Assembly: GCA_965649765.1 (NCBI GenBank)
Contig: OZ287756.1
Location: forward strand, 1,178,001-1,242,000
Origin: Bispira polyomma
Taxonomy: Eukaryota
Direction: 5' to 3'
DNA length: 64,000 nucleotides
Each line of letters begins with the position of its first letter. The first letter of the stretch is position 1. The notes beneath the pieces were generated by a model that was not told the origin of the DNA, did no database searches, and saw only the letters and a list, made by a program, of their open reading frames with translations. This document shows, in pieces, positions 14,541-27,739 of the stretch. The position numbers were made by a program, and so were the translations under genes.

Positions 14541-17500
14541 ATGAGTGGCAGGTCGGAAGAAGATGAAGTTCCTCCCATGGAGTTGATGCGCTTCCTCTCC
14601 ATGTGTGGGGATCATGGACCTATACCCTTACCTGGACTGGAGGAAGCTGGAGCACGGTACTTCTTAGCATGTTTATTTCAATGCCTTTCCTACAGAAGAC
14701 ATCCTACATTGTTAAGTCCAAGGCTTCTCATGTATAAGTTCATAACATTTATTTTGAAGAATTTATACGAAATAATTTTACCATCATCTAAGAAGATGCA
14801 ACATAGGATTGGTCGTCATCAGTAAGCAATAGCATGTTACCGACCTAACTAATAGGTCATGGGAAAACACAAAGTAAACAGCAGAAACGTATTTGGTAAC
14901 AAACTACACCAGTTGAATATTACACTTTCTTTAGTGTAAATAATTCATATAAATACATATTTTTATGTAGATTAAGTTCACATGTGTAAAAAGGGTTGTT
15001 TTTATCAGTAACATTACAGAGAGTTTAACAAAATAGGTTTAATAAAGTGCTATATTCACCCAAATCTATTAATATGTAATTCTGTTCATGTTTGTCTAAC
15101 CTTTGGTCACACTGCAGTTTACAGATTGTCTAGGACCTAAACGTTATAAGAGTCTGACATAGTCCTTAATATTCATAGAAAAGTCTTTGAAAGGTCTTTA
15201 AAGGGATTTTAATATTTGTGGGTGCTCTTTGGTAGGATAAGCAACTGCAACTGCGTGACAAATGGCCACGACCATAATCACCGCATGGTTGTAGGCTGAC
15301 AAATCAACCTGGCCATGACCATATTCACTGACTGGTTGTACGTTAATCGTCAATCAAAATTCTAGTGTGATGGCCAAAATGAATTAGTAAGACCTTGGTC
15401 TTTTGTCTCATACAGTCTTTAATGTTCTTGACGATAATTACATCATAGATGGTCTTTAGAAATTCTTAACTGTAGTGTGACTGGGGCTTTATATATTAAG
15501 GTTTACTAGGACCAAGATCCAGCTTCCTGACTACGTCATTGTGGTCGCTATCGATTTTGGAACCACATACAGTGGTTATGCGTTTGCTATGAAAGACAAA
15601 GAAGACAAAATACACATGAACAAGAACTGGGGGGCTGAATTTGGCTGTACTTCCTACAAGACACCTACTACTGTACTGGTTGACCCGGACAAAAAGTTCC
15701 TCTCTTTTGGCTATGATGCACAGCAACAATATGCTGAGCTGGAGGAAAAGGAAGACCAGAGGCATTACTACTTTGAAAGGTTCAAGATGGCTTTACACAA
15801 CACAAAGGTATACCAGGCTTATAGATCAGGGGCACCAAAATGTGTAGGTGTATGCCAAGCATACCTTCTTTAGTGTTAGGCCTAATAGCATCAGTAACAA
15901 TGACAAACCCTCTTTTGTTAAAGATTCTTGGACTAAGACCAAAAGTTTAGATTTGTGAAGAAGACTAAGCTAAATTCTTTTCTGAATAGCAACTGTTTTA
16001 TGAAAATCCTCATTTCTACTTATGCAAAATACTGGTTTCTTGAAACTGGAGCATTTTTTGTTTATATTTTATTTGTTTTTACATATATGACAAAGGTTAC
16101 TAAACAGTTTGTGCTAAGTTCAAAATAATTTAGAAACATGCATTCATACAGGTAAATCATTTACAGTACTGTATATTTTACTAAAAATCTGATACTGATA
16201 ACTGTGCAATGTTCATAGGGGACTCCAAATTAAACAGAGTAATTTACCATACTTTTCCTCAACAAACACTGTTTACCTTTGCTGATAAAAAATATAGTTG
16301 TCCAACATTAATTTATCTTTCACCAATGACAGAAAATGTTGAAACTGGAGCTTGTTGACATTTAATGCCCATCACTAAATGATTCATGATGGTATAATAT
16401 GAAAAGAGACTTTGAACAGCACATGGATATACTTGTGAATTGATAAGAAGCACAATACAAAACATTGTTAAACAGTTAAAGTATGCATTATATTATTATC
16501 AGGATTTAGGAAAGTCAACCATGATTAAGGCAACAAATGGAAAGTCAATGCCCGCACTGGATATATTTGGAATGGCACTAGAATATCTGAAGGGTCATCT
16601 TATAGATGCAGTGAATAAGCCTCTTGAAGGGTAAAGTAAATTGTATGACTTTATTGGAATAGTGTTGATGTATGTCTTTACCCCTGGACACACCCCATCA
16701 GCACAGTCATTACAAATCACATTGTTAAACACCACATGTATGCTGCTGACACACACTCTGTCTTACTCTCAACCCTCACATTGCCCACAAACACAGGGGT
16801 CTACTTGCTGACTTTCTCATCTTGGTCCAGACCTAGAAGAATTACTCCAAATTGAAAATTAAATCCTGACAAAGTTGAATTTATTCTCATTGGAAGCAAG
16901 AAACACAGTAAATTATTAGAATCATTATTCCCCATTGTACTACTGGGCAAAGATATACAACCTTCTAATATCATAAATAATCTTGGTGTTACTAGGGGGG
17001 GGGGGGGGGGGAGTTAGACCTTTCTTAATTGCTGCCCAAATATTATTCAATAGTCTCCCAGTTCTGCTTGGACAACTAAAAACACTTTTTAGGTTCAGAA
17101 AAAAACTTTTCACTTCAAAATGGCGGTAAAAATGTGAATACAATTGTAATCTGTTCAGTCTTGTTGAACTGTTTAATTTCTGCACACAGGGTACTGGATG
17201 AGAAGATGATAAGGTGGGTGATTACAGTACCTGCCATCTGGAGTGATGCTTCCAAGCAGTTCATGAGAGAAGCAGCTTTAAAGGTACACTAACTAATCTC
17301 GTAATAGATTGAACCTCTGGGGCCGTATTCACGAAAGGACTTAGCCAGGTCTTAGGCTTAAACCAGTATACTTTTGTGCTAGATTTAAGCCTAAGACCTG
17401 GCTAAGTCCTTTCGTGAATACGGACCTTGGGTATTAGTAAGTTTTAAAAACAAAATAGTCTGAAGACACCTGTTGTGCATAGTAATCAATAATAATAACT

Positions 17501-19429
17501 TTGTATTGCAGTATAACATTTTTAGACCAGCAATATACATTTTATATTAGTCTGGAGTATTTCATAATAAATGTGCAGAAATATTTAATCCAGACATAAT
17601 TGCTTGGTGCAGGAGCTGAATAGTCTGCATAATGTCTTTAGGGTGGACTTATTACGGATCTAGACTCAAGTCAACTCTTGATTGCATTGGAACCAGAAGC
17701 GGCATCTTTGTTTGTGAGAAAGATGAACATTAGCTCTAATGAAGCAACAAAGAACATCAGGTGTGGAGCCAAATACCTGGTGATAGATGCTGGAGGTAGA
17801 TTAAATGTAGTCTAGTCTTGATATGTTAACACTTTTTAAGACTTAAATAACTGAAAATTGAAGGCATCAAATCATATTCAAGCTAATTGCATTCAGTTTT
17901 CTAGAGTTTTGAACTCAATTTAATTTAGTGTGTCAGAATACTACACGTGTAGATAGATTTACAAGTCAACTACTACAGATGAAGTATTTAAAACAGGAGA
18001 AGAAATCATCAAAATAAATTCTTATTTATAAGTCAACGATAATAAAGGTTCATTTTTATAAAATTTCCCATTAGATGGTCTTACTCTGTGGGATGGTTTA
18101 CCTCATTGCATTAGGAGAGCTCCTACCTTACATTCCTTCCGCCACAGTTTAATACACATATTTTGTCAATGATGAATTCCCATATCTTTCTCCATGTTAT
18201 CAGTTAATACTTTGTTGTTGACATTTTTTATCAATTATGAGTTTTGGATACTAACTACTTAATCCAAGAATTAGATATAATCAAATATACATTTAAAAAG
18301 GTTAATAATGGCTCTCTAATCAATTTGTACAATTCAATTTAAGATGTACGTTTGGACTTCTTGCTATTATGCAGGAGGTACCCTTGATGTGACAGCTCAT
18401 GAACTCCAGGAAGATGGAAGAATTAAAGAGCTACATTTTGCCACTGGAGGGGCATCTGGAGGAACACGGGTTGATGAGCAGTTTACACGCCTCTTAGTGG
18501 AAATATTTGGTTCAAAGTTTATCAAGGCTTATAGAAAGAAGAGTGCCTCACAGTGGCTTCAGCTGATCACTGACTTTGAGAATAGGAAGAAATCCTGCCG
18601 TAAGAATAACTCAGGTACACTAAATGTAAGCATACCCTGGAGCTTTGCCGCAAAGTTGAATGAGTATAACCAGAAGGACATAGTGAAAGTAGTTAAAGAG
18701 TACAAAGCAAGCGGGGTCACCTTCAACAATGGCATGCTGCGCTTAGATGGCAATGTGGCAACCAGTCTATTCAAGCCTGTCACTGATGAAATTGTGCGGC
18801 ACATTCTGGATCTACTGAAGCACCCAAAATTACAAGGTGTGGAGTACCTCTTTTGTGTGGGTGGCTTTAATGATTCCAAGTTCCTGCAGGAAGTTTTACA
18901 AGAGTCATTCGGGCAGACCCAGAAGATCTTGATTCCAGAAGAGGCCAGCCTTGCAGTGGTCAAAGGGGCCATCTTGTTTGGTCAAGATCCTGACATAATA
19001 AGCAGCAGAGTTTCAGCCAAAACATATGGAGTAGAGACTGTACAAAATTTTATACCTTTTATACACCATCAGTCCAGAGTGAGGGCTGTGAATGGTCAGC
19101 CCATGTGTTTTGGAATATTTAAAAAGTTTGTCATTAAAGGTCAAGAAATACCACTTGGGTTCTCAGAGACAATGGAATTCTCTCCATTAACCGTGAGTGC
19201 CCAAAAAGCCGACATTGGCATTTTTAGCTCTGACAGTGAATTCCCTCACTATGTCACAGACCCCGGTGTAGAACAACATGGTGAAGTTTGTGTGAAATGG
19301 CCAGGGTTTGGACTGGACAGAAAGGTCAAGGTCACCATGACATTTGGAGGAACAGAGATAAAAGTGGAGGCTGTAACATATCCAAAGAAAAACAAGGCTC
19401 AGACCAAAATATCATTTTTGGCAAAATGA
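14541..19429 (+). CDS. HSPA12: Heat shock 70 kDa protein 12-like (exons 14541-14656, 15501-15807, 16503-16630, 17190-17283, 17642-17795, 18375-19429; about 617 aa)
   Basis: Family motifs VVAIDFGTTYSGYAF, KTPT, WVITVPAIW..KQFMREAA, IALEPEAAS, DAGGGTLDVT, VGGF, AVVKGA, TFGGTEIKVEA. All five introns are GT-AG with matching phases (2,0,2,0,1); the joined CDS is 1854 nt. Exon 1 is the least certain. Confidence 0.92.
15098..15490. mobile_element. MITE (PIF/Harbinger-like) in HSPA12 intron 1
   Basis: Imperfect terminal inverted repeats ggtcacactgcagtt / aactgtagtgtgact, flanked by TAA/TTA. Confidence 0.55.
16700..16990 (+). mobile_element. L2/CR1-type LINE RT fragment in HSPA12 intron 3
   Basis: Degenerate YADD region and LNPDKVEFILIGSKKHS; similar to 38340-38600. 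Confidence 0.7.
17320..17427. mobile_element. Palindromic MITE in HSPA12 intron 4
   Basis: Perfect 40-bp inverted arms at 17323-17362 and 17384-17423 with a 21-nt spacer. Confidence 0.85.
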
Positions 19430-19463
19430 ACCCTGACTTACCCTGTATTATTAATGATTGTTT

Positions 19464-19656
19464 ATTGAACTGGATTAACCATACTGTGTCTGTACATTCA
19501 ACTGGATTAACTATACTCTTACTGTACATTGAACTGGATTAACTATACTGTTACAGTACATTGAACTGGATTAACTATACTGTTACTGTACATTGAACTG
19601 GATTAACTATATTGTTACTGTACATTGAACTGGATTAACTATACTCTTACTGTACA
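19464..19656. repeat. 32-bp tandem repeat, 6 copies, just after the HSPA12 stop
   Basis: attgaactggattaactatactgttactgtac repeated. Confidence 0.93.
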
Positions 19657-20213
19657 TAGTACACTTTTATTAGAACTCAATTTAGCTAATGCATTGGGTT
19701 ACTAAACATAATGCTGAGTGCAATTCAAACTAGTATTGATATGAATTAAATAAAATTAGTCATATCTCTTGCTCTAGATAAAACTGTTAGAATTTGCTTT
19801 CATTGTTGCAATACATATTTGTTTTTTTTAATAGGTAACTGAATTAGTATATATTCTTTAATTATTTTACTTGTGTGTGCACTTCCTGAGCTAACTTGTG
19901 TTTTTGCTATTGACATTAAATAAAGCACTCTTTAAAACGAAAGGAATGACCAAAAATAAATCATCTTCCAAAAAGATGACATCCTTTATTTTATATCTAA
20001 ATACCCAGATGACAAAGACTACATCACATTGTGACTCTACATGGCAGGTTATCTGTTGTCCTCCATTGTAATGTTCAAAATACTGTTTCATGTTATATTA
20101 AAATATCCACCTGAAGTGATGAGTCAAAATAGAGTTGGAGTTTGGTGGGAGTCTGGACTACTGACATTTAATTCATGAGGCAGATAAGTAAGTTTGAATA
20201 GTGGAGAGTAAAT

Positions 20214-20651
20214 GTGGTCTCTGTGGCCTAGTGGTTAGAGTGTCAGACTTGGGATCTGAGTGATCTGAGACCCCCAGTTCGATCCCTGCTGCAAGCCTGG
20301 AGATTGTATCCTGGGACAAGGTGCTTTACACAAAGTTGTCCCTCTCCAAGTGGAGAATGTTAGATATAACATAGAAGCATTAAACTAATATCCCCATGTT
20401 TACCTTTTTACTTACCCGTGTTACTCATCATACAACTTCACTAGGGTAGGGTACTGTACCAATGGGTACCTGGCCACTAATGGGTGTTAATCGATGTGCA
20501 CCGTATGTGGCAGCATGGCTACCTGAGGGAGCTGAGACTGAACAATTGGTTGACAAGTGGTAGAACCCAGGCTGAGGTAATAATGTCAAAGCTTATCAGA
20601 TAACCGTGATGTTTATAATTCGCCATATCACATGAATTTTTATTATTATTA
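20214..20651 (+). mobile_element. tRNA-derived SINE
   Basis: A box tggcctagtgg, B box agttcgatccc, central aatgggtacctg motif and (TAT)n tail. Confidence 0.7.
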
Positions 20652-20829
20652 TATGCATTTAAACTACAATTATGGCTAGTATCGCAATTAAAATGTTTAT
20701 CATGTGTTCAACACAGTTCCCATACTGAAGGCCCCAAAACTTTTAACTAATAATAATGCAATAATTAATAATAGGTACAGCTGATATGTCTAATAAAGCA
20801 AATATTAAAATTACTGCCGGGGCCAGTGT

Positions 20830-21595
20830 TGTCATTGCATGTGATAATTAAGCAAGAAATAGTCACCCTGGACCTCTTCATTCCTCTTCCAATGATAGAC
20901 CTAAATCTAAGTAATCTCACCTGTATGTACTCAACCCTTAATTATGTGTGCTTGCATGCAAACAACTATGATGTAACACCAATCATCACGTTTGACAAAC
21001 CACTTTGGTAGAAAGCTCTTCAGAAGATTGAAAGTGAGCCAGAAAACAGTGACATGCCTATTTACTAAAGATTTCACATTGCATAATATAGCAGGAGAAA
21101 TAACATCTGATAAAAATGTCAATGCTGAAGATGTATATGACATTGGTGAGTCAATCATAAATTCTATGATGGGGGAAAATAAATAATGTAAACAGTGACA
21201 AAGAACACCGTAAATTATGTTAAAGTTAGAGGTGAAATTATCCACATTGACCCACAATCACTTTTTCAAAGATTTGTGATAGCTGGCACCAGGAATAAAC
21301 AACTCTCAGAAGTATATAAACCTGAATTGTCAAGGTATCAGAGTGCAACATTTGAAGCAAGAGATATAATAAGTCATATGTCATAACCAACTGATGATGA
21401 CCTACATTATGCACTAGAAGATGGTGGATATTTGTTGCATCTAATACGATGAGAGAGGGGCACATATAATAATTTATAGAAACATTTATATAGCGCAAAA
21501 TTGATAAAAATCCTCTAATGCACTGAATTTGAAAAATGGATTGTCCATAATCGAGCAAAGGTCGTTACCAAGTGAGAGCCAACCAGGGATTAACT
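20830..21595 (+). mobile_element. Decayed DNA-transposase remnant, probably Academ-like
   Basis: Broken frames give LPMIDLN..TCMYSTL..TPIITFDKPLW*KA, IHIDPQSLFQR and DGGYLLH; the segment ends in CTA. The family assignment is from recall of motifs, not a search. Confidence 0.45.
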
Positions 21596-23050
21596 AAGGT
21601 GGAAGATATGCCAGTCTGACATTTTGTGGCAACCTGTTCATTTCTGCCGTTACAACTTTTCGTTTAGGTTGAAGTAAAACAGATCTATTTCCACGAGTGA
21701 GGCTGCTGGGCTTAATTTTAGAAAGATAGGTAGGGAGGTTGGAAATAGTTAATAGCCTTGAAAACCAGCAGGTTGTACTTGAAAAGGATGCGATGTTCAA
21801 TGGGAAGTCAGTGGAGTTTTTGAAGGTAAGGAGTGACATGACTGAATCTGTCAAACCTGTAAACAATGTGACAGACAGCGTTTTGGATTCTCTGGAGTTT
21901 GGCAATATTAGCCTTACTAACCCCATATTCTAAAGAGTTGCAATAGTATCAGCACTGAGGAATCTGCGAATTTGTCGCAAGTCACGTAGGTGATTGTAGT
22001 ATGCACGACAAACCTTGACAACAAGCTTGTTAACAGAGTTGTCTCAGTCAAAGATGACACCCAGGTTTTTACCTCCGCTGACAGAGTGATATTGTTTTGG
22101 AGGAATGAAATAGGAAATTTTGGTGTAAGTGACTCTGTGGTGAGTTTGTTACCTATAAAAATAATGAGTTGAGTTTTAACTTTGCACAATCCAGTCAGTG
22201 AGCTCAGCAATACTTAAATCACAGTTCCTGGAGTCCAGTGCTAAGTATATCTGTGTGTCATCAGCATACAGGTGATAGGTAACATTAAACTTTGAAATGA
22301 CTTGACAGAAGGGGTAGTGTAAAGGGTGAAAAGTAAACAGAACCGTGGTTAACACCAAAGGGGAGAAAAAAGACCCTAGAAATTCAAATTTCTTGACCAG
22401 TGCAGTCGGAATGGGATCGAGATCACATGAGTTAGAGGGAGAGGTTTGTAAAATTTTGAGCAAGTCCTGCTCAGCTACTGCTGTAAAAGTAGACAAAGTA
22501 TATTTTATGAGGTGAAGTCTAGTGATTGCTGCTGATAATAAAGACTGTAAGGTGGACCTAATCTTGACTATTTTCTCAAAAAAGAAATTACCTGTTACCT
22601 GAAAGCTGTTAACCAATTCCCAGAAGGTAATTGTAGTGATTAACCACAGCAGAATATCTGCTACAGGAGTTATAGCGGCGCCATGCACGCTCATGTTTCC
22701 TCTTGAGATGTTTTGCAGCAAGAATGTTGCTGTTCATGAAGCCAGTCTCAGGATGCTTTGGTACACTCTTTATTGGGGCATGCTTGTCAAAAAGGTTATG
22801 CAGGCTGTGAAATATTGATGGCTGAGGAGACTAGCTGTTTTGTGGGGACATCTAATTAGATTAGAACAAAGAATGTCTGACCTAAAGTCTGAAATATTTA
22901 TTTTATGAATTTTCTGAAAGTTGACCTGTCGGAAATCACAGGACTCTATAGTTGGGATGGTAACAGTGAAGGTGATTGCCAGGTGATCTGATATACCGCC
23001 TACAACTTTTGAACAACCAGCTGGTGAAAGGGATTCCCTGATGCACAAAA
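21596..23050 (-). mobile_element. Decayed, internally deleted L2/CR1-type LINE ORF2
   Basis: ISDHLAITF (endonuclease end), SCDLDPIPT, HLYADDTQIY and a C-terminal region across broken frames. Confidence 0.85.
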
Positions 23051-24248
23051 TCATCCAGGATATGGCCGTGAATGTTTGCAGGGAAATTAAATAGTTGAAC
23101 AAAACTGTATTGTATAAGGGTATTATTTAATTTTAGTGACCAGGCATCCTGTTTATAACAACATAGACCAGGGGTATGTTGACTGTGTGACCAAGAATAT
23201 GGTGTTGTTAATCCTGGAGCAACCTATATAAAACATAATAAACCTTGGAAAAAATATTGCCTTGCAGGGGGTTTTTTAATAATAATTTTCCTTTATCAAA
23301 ACTTTTTACTCTGTCTTTATTAAGTTTCATTTTTCACAAAGTATGGATAAACAGAAAATACAATTACAAAATGAAGAAAAGTTTGAAGCAATACCTGAAC
23401 TTTGTACCAAATATCTTGCGGTTTAAATTATCCTATTTTTGAGATCTTGGATGGTTAAATACAGACATAGTACTAGAAGTTAAAAAAAATCATTGAATTT
23501 ATTGGCAACAAAATAACTACTTTGTGCATGCATCTATAACATAGGATTGTTATTGTTGTTTCAATGTGAAATTGTGTTTGTCTTTACATGACACTTTTTA
23601 GTGACTTTGGTAGTGATTGAAATATTTGGTGAAACGAAAATAAAGGTACTTATGATTTAAACTGATTACTATCTTTTAATTGTTCTTGAAATTTATTGTA
23701 ATAAATAAATGTACCACAGATAGGATCCATTTTACACTACACTTATTTTATACATGATCATGGTCGCGTGATTTTAATGTATGGTAATTTAATTTCTGTG
23801 CATCAAATTTGTATATGTTATTATACGAAGAAAATTAAATGAATGAGTGACTCAAACTATTTGTGTCCAATGTTACTAATTGAAATCAAAATCAATAGAA
23901 AGTCAGACATATAAACAAAACATTTCACATCATTTGCAGACAATACCATGCCATTTGTATTCATGTACAGCTGGTAAAATCTTTCATTCAAGTGTGAGTG
24001 GAGGTCTTTCTGTACTCAACAAAAACAGCGCCAATCACATTATAATAAAAGATCAATATCAATTCACACAAAAGTTTATTGCAGAGTATAAAACGTGATA
24101 GAGATACAATCACATCAAATGACATCGATGTCAATAGTAAATAAAATGGCTGTTAAAGGTCATTTATCAGAGATTTTAAAAGCCAGTGCTTGTTGTAATC
24201 TCTGGTGATGATGGGGAGGAAGAAGATGGTGGCCAGTTTCATTCTAGT

Positions 24249-25676
24249 ATGAGGAACTTAAGGACAGTTGTGTATGTGGTGATTATGTTCTGTGTGACAA
24301 TGCTTTATAGATACTATATAGTCAACCTAAAATCCACCACTGAATTACAGGATGAGCTGGGTCATGTATGGATTATGGAGCCCCCAAAAGACACAGACAG
24401 TGACAGATGTTACCTACTTATCGCTGTGGTATCTAGTGCTGCTCATTTTGAGGCTCGGATGAACATTAGGGACTCTTGGAGTGATCCGAAGGTAGTCTCC
24501 GAAAAACAAGATCTACCTCCACACAGACCTTTCTGGAATACTTCTCTTGGTAAGATATACTAGTTTGCTGACTGTATAATTACTATTGATCCAAACAGGG
24601 TTTTTGGGTCAAACTATATGTTTATGTCACAAATATGCAAAACAGAAATCAATGTTTTCATGACGGTAACCAAAATTATGACTGTAATTGAAGTTTGTTT
24701 TACTAATAAAAATTAAGTGAAAGTATAGTGCTCTTGGCAATTTAATAATTTCTAATTTAATTATTGTAGGTTATTTCATGTGTCACTTAGCTCTTCCTGA
24801 TACACATTAGTGCAACAATCAATTAAACAGTAGAACCTCTGTTATCTGAACATGTTGGAAGAACAAGATTTTGTTTGGTTAATAGAAAGTCCATGACATC
24901 GAAGGAAAACGTCAATATGGGAGAGTGGAAAAGAGTTACAATAATAGAGGTTCTACTAGAATGACAATCATATTTGATATTATAGAGATGTTATTTTATT
25001 TTTGATATTGAATGACTATGTTGCAGGAACCCACAAGGACGCTCATGTGAAAGTGGTTTTTATTGTTGGAAGAAGTATGGACAGAATCATTCATCACCAT
25101 GTACTTCATGAAACACAAAAGTTCAAAGATATTCTTCTTGGAGATTTTGTGGACTCTTACCGTAATCTGACCTACAAAACACTGTTGATGCTGAAATACT
25201 TTACACAGAACTATCACGGCACAAAGTATGTGATGAAACTAGACGACAATGTCCACATAAAGCTTTCTGTACTGCTGGATGTTGTTGCTGAAGCTCCTTC
25301 TACAGATTATATATTAGGCCACCTCTTGAACCAAAGCCGACCTTTCAGGAAGACATGTGAGGAGAAGTTCTTCATACCATGGGATGTATACGGCCATGAG
25401 ACCTTCCCCAAGTACATTGCAGGGCCGGCATATATCATGACATACAACACTGCAGTCAGGCTACTTAAGGTGTGTCCTCGTATTACTTCAGAACTCCACC
25501 TGGAGGATGTGCTGTTTACTGGGATATGCAGGGAGAAGGCCAATGTAGACATCAGACAGGAAGATCGTATTTGTCAGAAACTGACACCTGGCGAGTGTGC
25601 CACAGAACACAGACAGAAGTTTGGCTACAATCAAAGGCAATTCATATTGAAACAATTAGAAAAGTATACCAAATAG
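24249..25676 (+). CDS. GT31 beta-1,3-galactosyltransferase-like protein, paralogue 2 (exons 24249-24549, 25027-25676; about 316 aa)
   Basis: TM helix VVYVVIMFCVTMLY; RMNIRDSW, DFVDSYRNLTYKT, KLDDN, FPKYIAGPAY, LEDVLFTG; phase-1 GT-AG intron. Confidence 0.92.
24828..24958. mobile_element. Tc1/pogo-like MITE in the intron of GT31 paralogue 2
   Basis: Inverted repeats agtagaacctctgttat / ataatagaggttctact (16 of 17 match). Confidence 0.7.
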
Positions 25677-25999
25677 TAACATGGGATAGTTATCAGTAAA
25701 GTTGGGAGACCAAATTACTCTGTCAAGTTTTTCAAACTTACTAGACTGCACCCGAAATTAGTGGCCATCTAAAGTGAAATATTGTTGCAAAAAAGTATTA
25801 TTCCTCACAGTCACCTAACAAATATACCAATATTTGAAATAGGTGTTTGATGTTCTGTTAATGTTATTTATACTAGTTGTATATGTTAGTATTAGTTGAT
25901 GACGTTTTATTGCTAAAGGTGAATAGAGAAAACAAACATTTAAGAAAAAATATCTATATGATGATAGAACAAATACAAAATGAACAATACATATACAAT

Positions 26000-26181
26000 T
26001 ACATCAAACTTCTTTTATTGCACATATTTATATGGCAGGAAAAAAAAATATTCATAGTATTACACTTCTACAGGCAACACATTCAGCATCAACTGATAAT
26101 AACTATGGTTAAAAGAATAGTGTGGTAAAATAATCTTTTCACTTTGCTCTACTAATAGTAAAGGTGTGGCAATCTTGAATG
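26000..26181 (+). mobile_element. L1/Tx1-type LINE endonuclease N-terminal remnant, interrupted by the DIRS-order element
   Basis: Translates to ITLLQATHS and GKIIFSLCSTNSKGVAIL, matching the L1 endonuclease motifs LQETH and SKGVAIL. Confidence 0.65.
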
Positions 26182-26509
26182 TGGACAAGGGGCGACAGCA
26201 CTTGATGTCAGTCCAAAGTGGCTGGAAAATTTGAATTATTAAGCCTAGAGAACTCTGGACTCTTTTAGAGGACTCTGCAATTTATGCTTATTTTGGCTTG
26301 CAAAAGTCTATCTCTAGGGGACGTATAATCTTTCTTAATCCACGCACTGCGTGTTTAACTTGTCAGATTTCATTCTGCAAGTTTTAGTCTCTATTTTAAC
26401 ATACGTACCTAGATTTATAAGCATAACCTGCAGAATCCACATTTTATATTTTCCAGAGATCTCAGACATTGTTTAGACTATTTGTAGAAAGTGGATAATA
26501 AGCAAAACG

Positions 26510-27739
26510 ATGCCTAACAAAACAGCGTACTGTAAACAATGTGAAATTGTTCACCAACGACCTGTGGGACGTCAATGTGTGCTGAAAACACCTGTGGACA
26601 TCAATGGCCCGGCGACGAGAGGACGGCAGCGGGTGCAGATCCAGCAGGATGTGGATAAATCCTTGGCTAAAGGCAAGACTAAGAAGAAAGACTCTTTGTT
26701 ACACGAAGCCACGCAAGAGGATGCCGAAGAGGGACGGGAACAGAGTAGTACATTAAACATTATATTGGATAAACTGTTTAAGTTGGAAAGTGACATGAGT
26801 GAGGTGAGAAGGGGTCAAAGGACTGATCTGGTTATGTCAGAGGGGATATCACATAGTTCGCCAGCGCGTCGTAGCTACACAAGGGACACTTCTGAGGATA
26901 GTGAACGGGACTATGATTATAAGCCATGTGACAAGAGGCAGAGAAAACCCCAACCATGTTATGACCCCTCAACCACCAGACCAGCTGACGACACTGACTC
27001 TGACGACGACATCCTACCAAGTAAGGACTTCCTGAAGATGAATGAGCAGATCCAGGCTCAGGTGGACCAGAGGCTGAGGAGTCACAAAGCTAGGTACTAC
27101 AGCTCACCAGATCATGGCAAGAAGCTTAAGTCTGGGTTGCAAAGGACATCTGAGTATCATGTAAAACACATAATTAACTGGCCTCATGAGTTCTGCTACA
27201 ATGTAGCGGGTAAAAAACAGCCAGCCTACGATGAGTTGACCCCTTTAATGTGGTTCCAGGGCTATCTAGGTTGTGTGTATGAGGAAAAGAATGAGAAAAT
27301 TTGTGATAACATGTTAAGATATGGGATGCAATTAATGAGAGATGCATTAGAAACTTCTTGGTATACGCTGAAAAATGCTCACTGCCAAATCCTACTTGAA
27401 ATGGAAAAGGGCAAGGTCAGTTGGAAAAACTTAAGCAAGATACATGAGCTAAGGGCAAGATTGACCCAAAGTATACTTAAGGACAATAACCACCATGAGA
27501 ACTCTCAAAGTACCTCCAACCACTCAAAGAGTAAAACTAAGGGTAATGTTGTTATGTGTAGTGCCTACAGTAAGGGTACCTGTAGTCAAAGTGACAATCA
27601 TGTCTTTGGTAATTTGATACTCAAGCACGCCTGTGCAAAATGCTTCAGTAAGGACAAACAGATTCAGCTCCACAGGGAGACTCAGTGTGGGAAAACCAGC
27701 AGTTATACAAAAGAAACTTCCAAAGGTCCCCACCATTGA
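26510..27739 (+). CDS. Gag-like ORF1 of element 1 (409 aa)
   Basis: Intact ORF with N-terminal CxxC..H..C, GKKLKSG, WPHE and a C-terminal Cys/His finger (CSAYSKGTC..H..HACAKC..H..C); lies upstream of RT. Confidence 0.85.
   Translation: MPNKTAYCKQCEIVHQRPVGRQCVLKTPVDINGPATRGRQRVQIQQDVDKSLAKGKTKKKDSLLHEATQEDAEEGREQSSTLNIILDKLFKLESDMSEVRRGQRTDLVMSEGISHSSPARRSYTRDTSEDSERDYDYKPCDKRQRKPQPCYDPSTTRPADDTDSDDDILPSKDFLKMNEQIQAQVDQRLRSHKARYYSSPDHGKKLKSGLQRTSEYHVKHIINWPHEFCYNVAGKKQPAYDELTPLMWFQGYLGCVYEEKNEKICDNMLRYGMQLMRDALETSWYTLKNAHCQILLEMEKGKVSWKNLSKIHELRARLTQSILKDNNHHENSQSTSNHSKSKTKGNVVMCSAYSKGTCSQSDNHVFGNLILKHACAKCFSKDKQIQLHRETQCGKTSSYTKETSKGPHH

Noticed and set aside
16995-17011. G17 run as a functional G-quadruplex
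   Set aside because: Lies at a junction of repeat fragments in an intron; no supporting evidence, and homopolymer length is error-prone.
20214-20290. tRNA gene
   Set aside because: A and B boxes are present but no acceptor stem or cloverleaf; continues into a SINE body.
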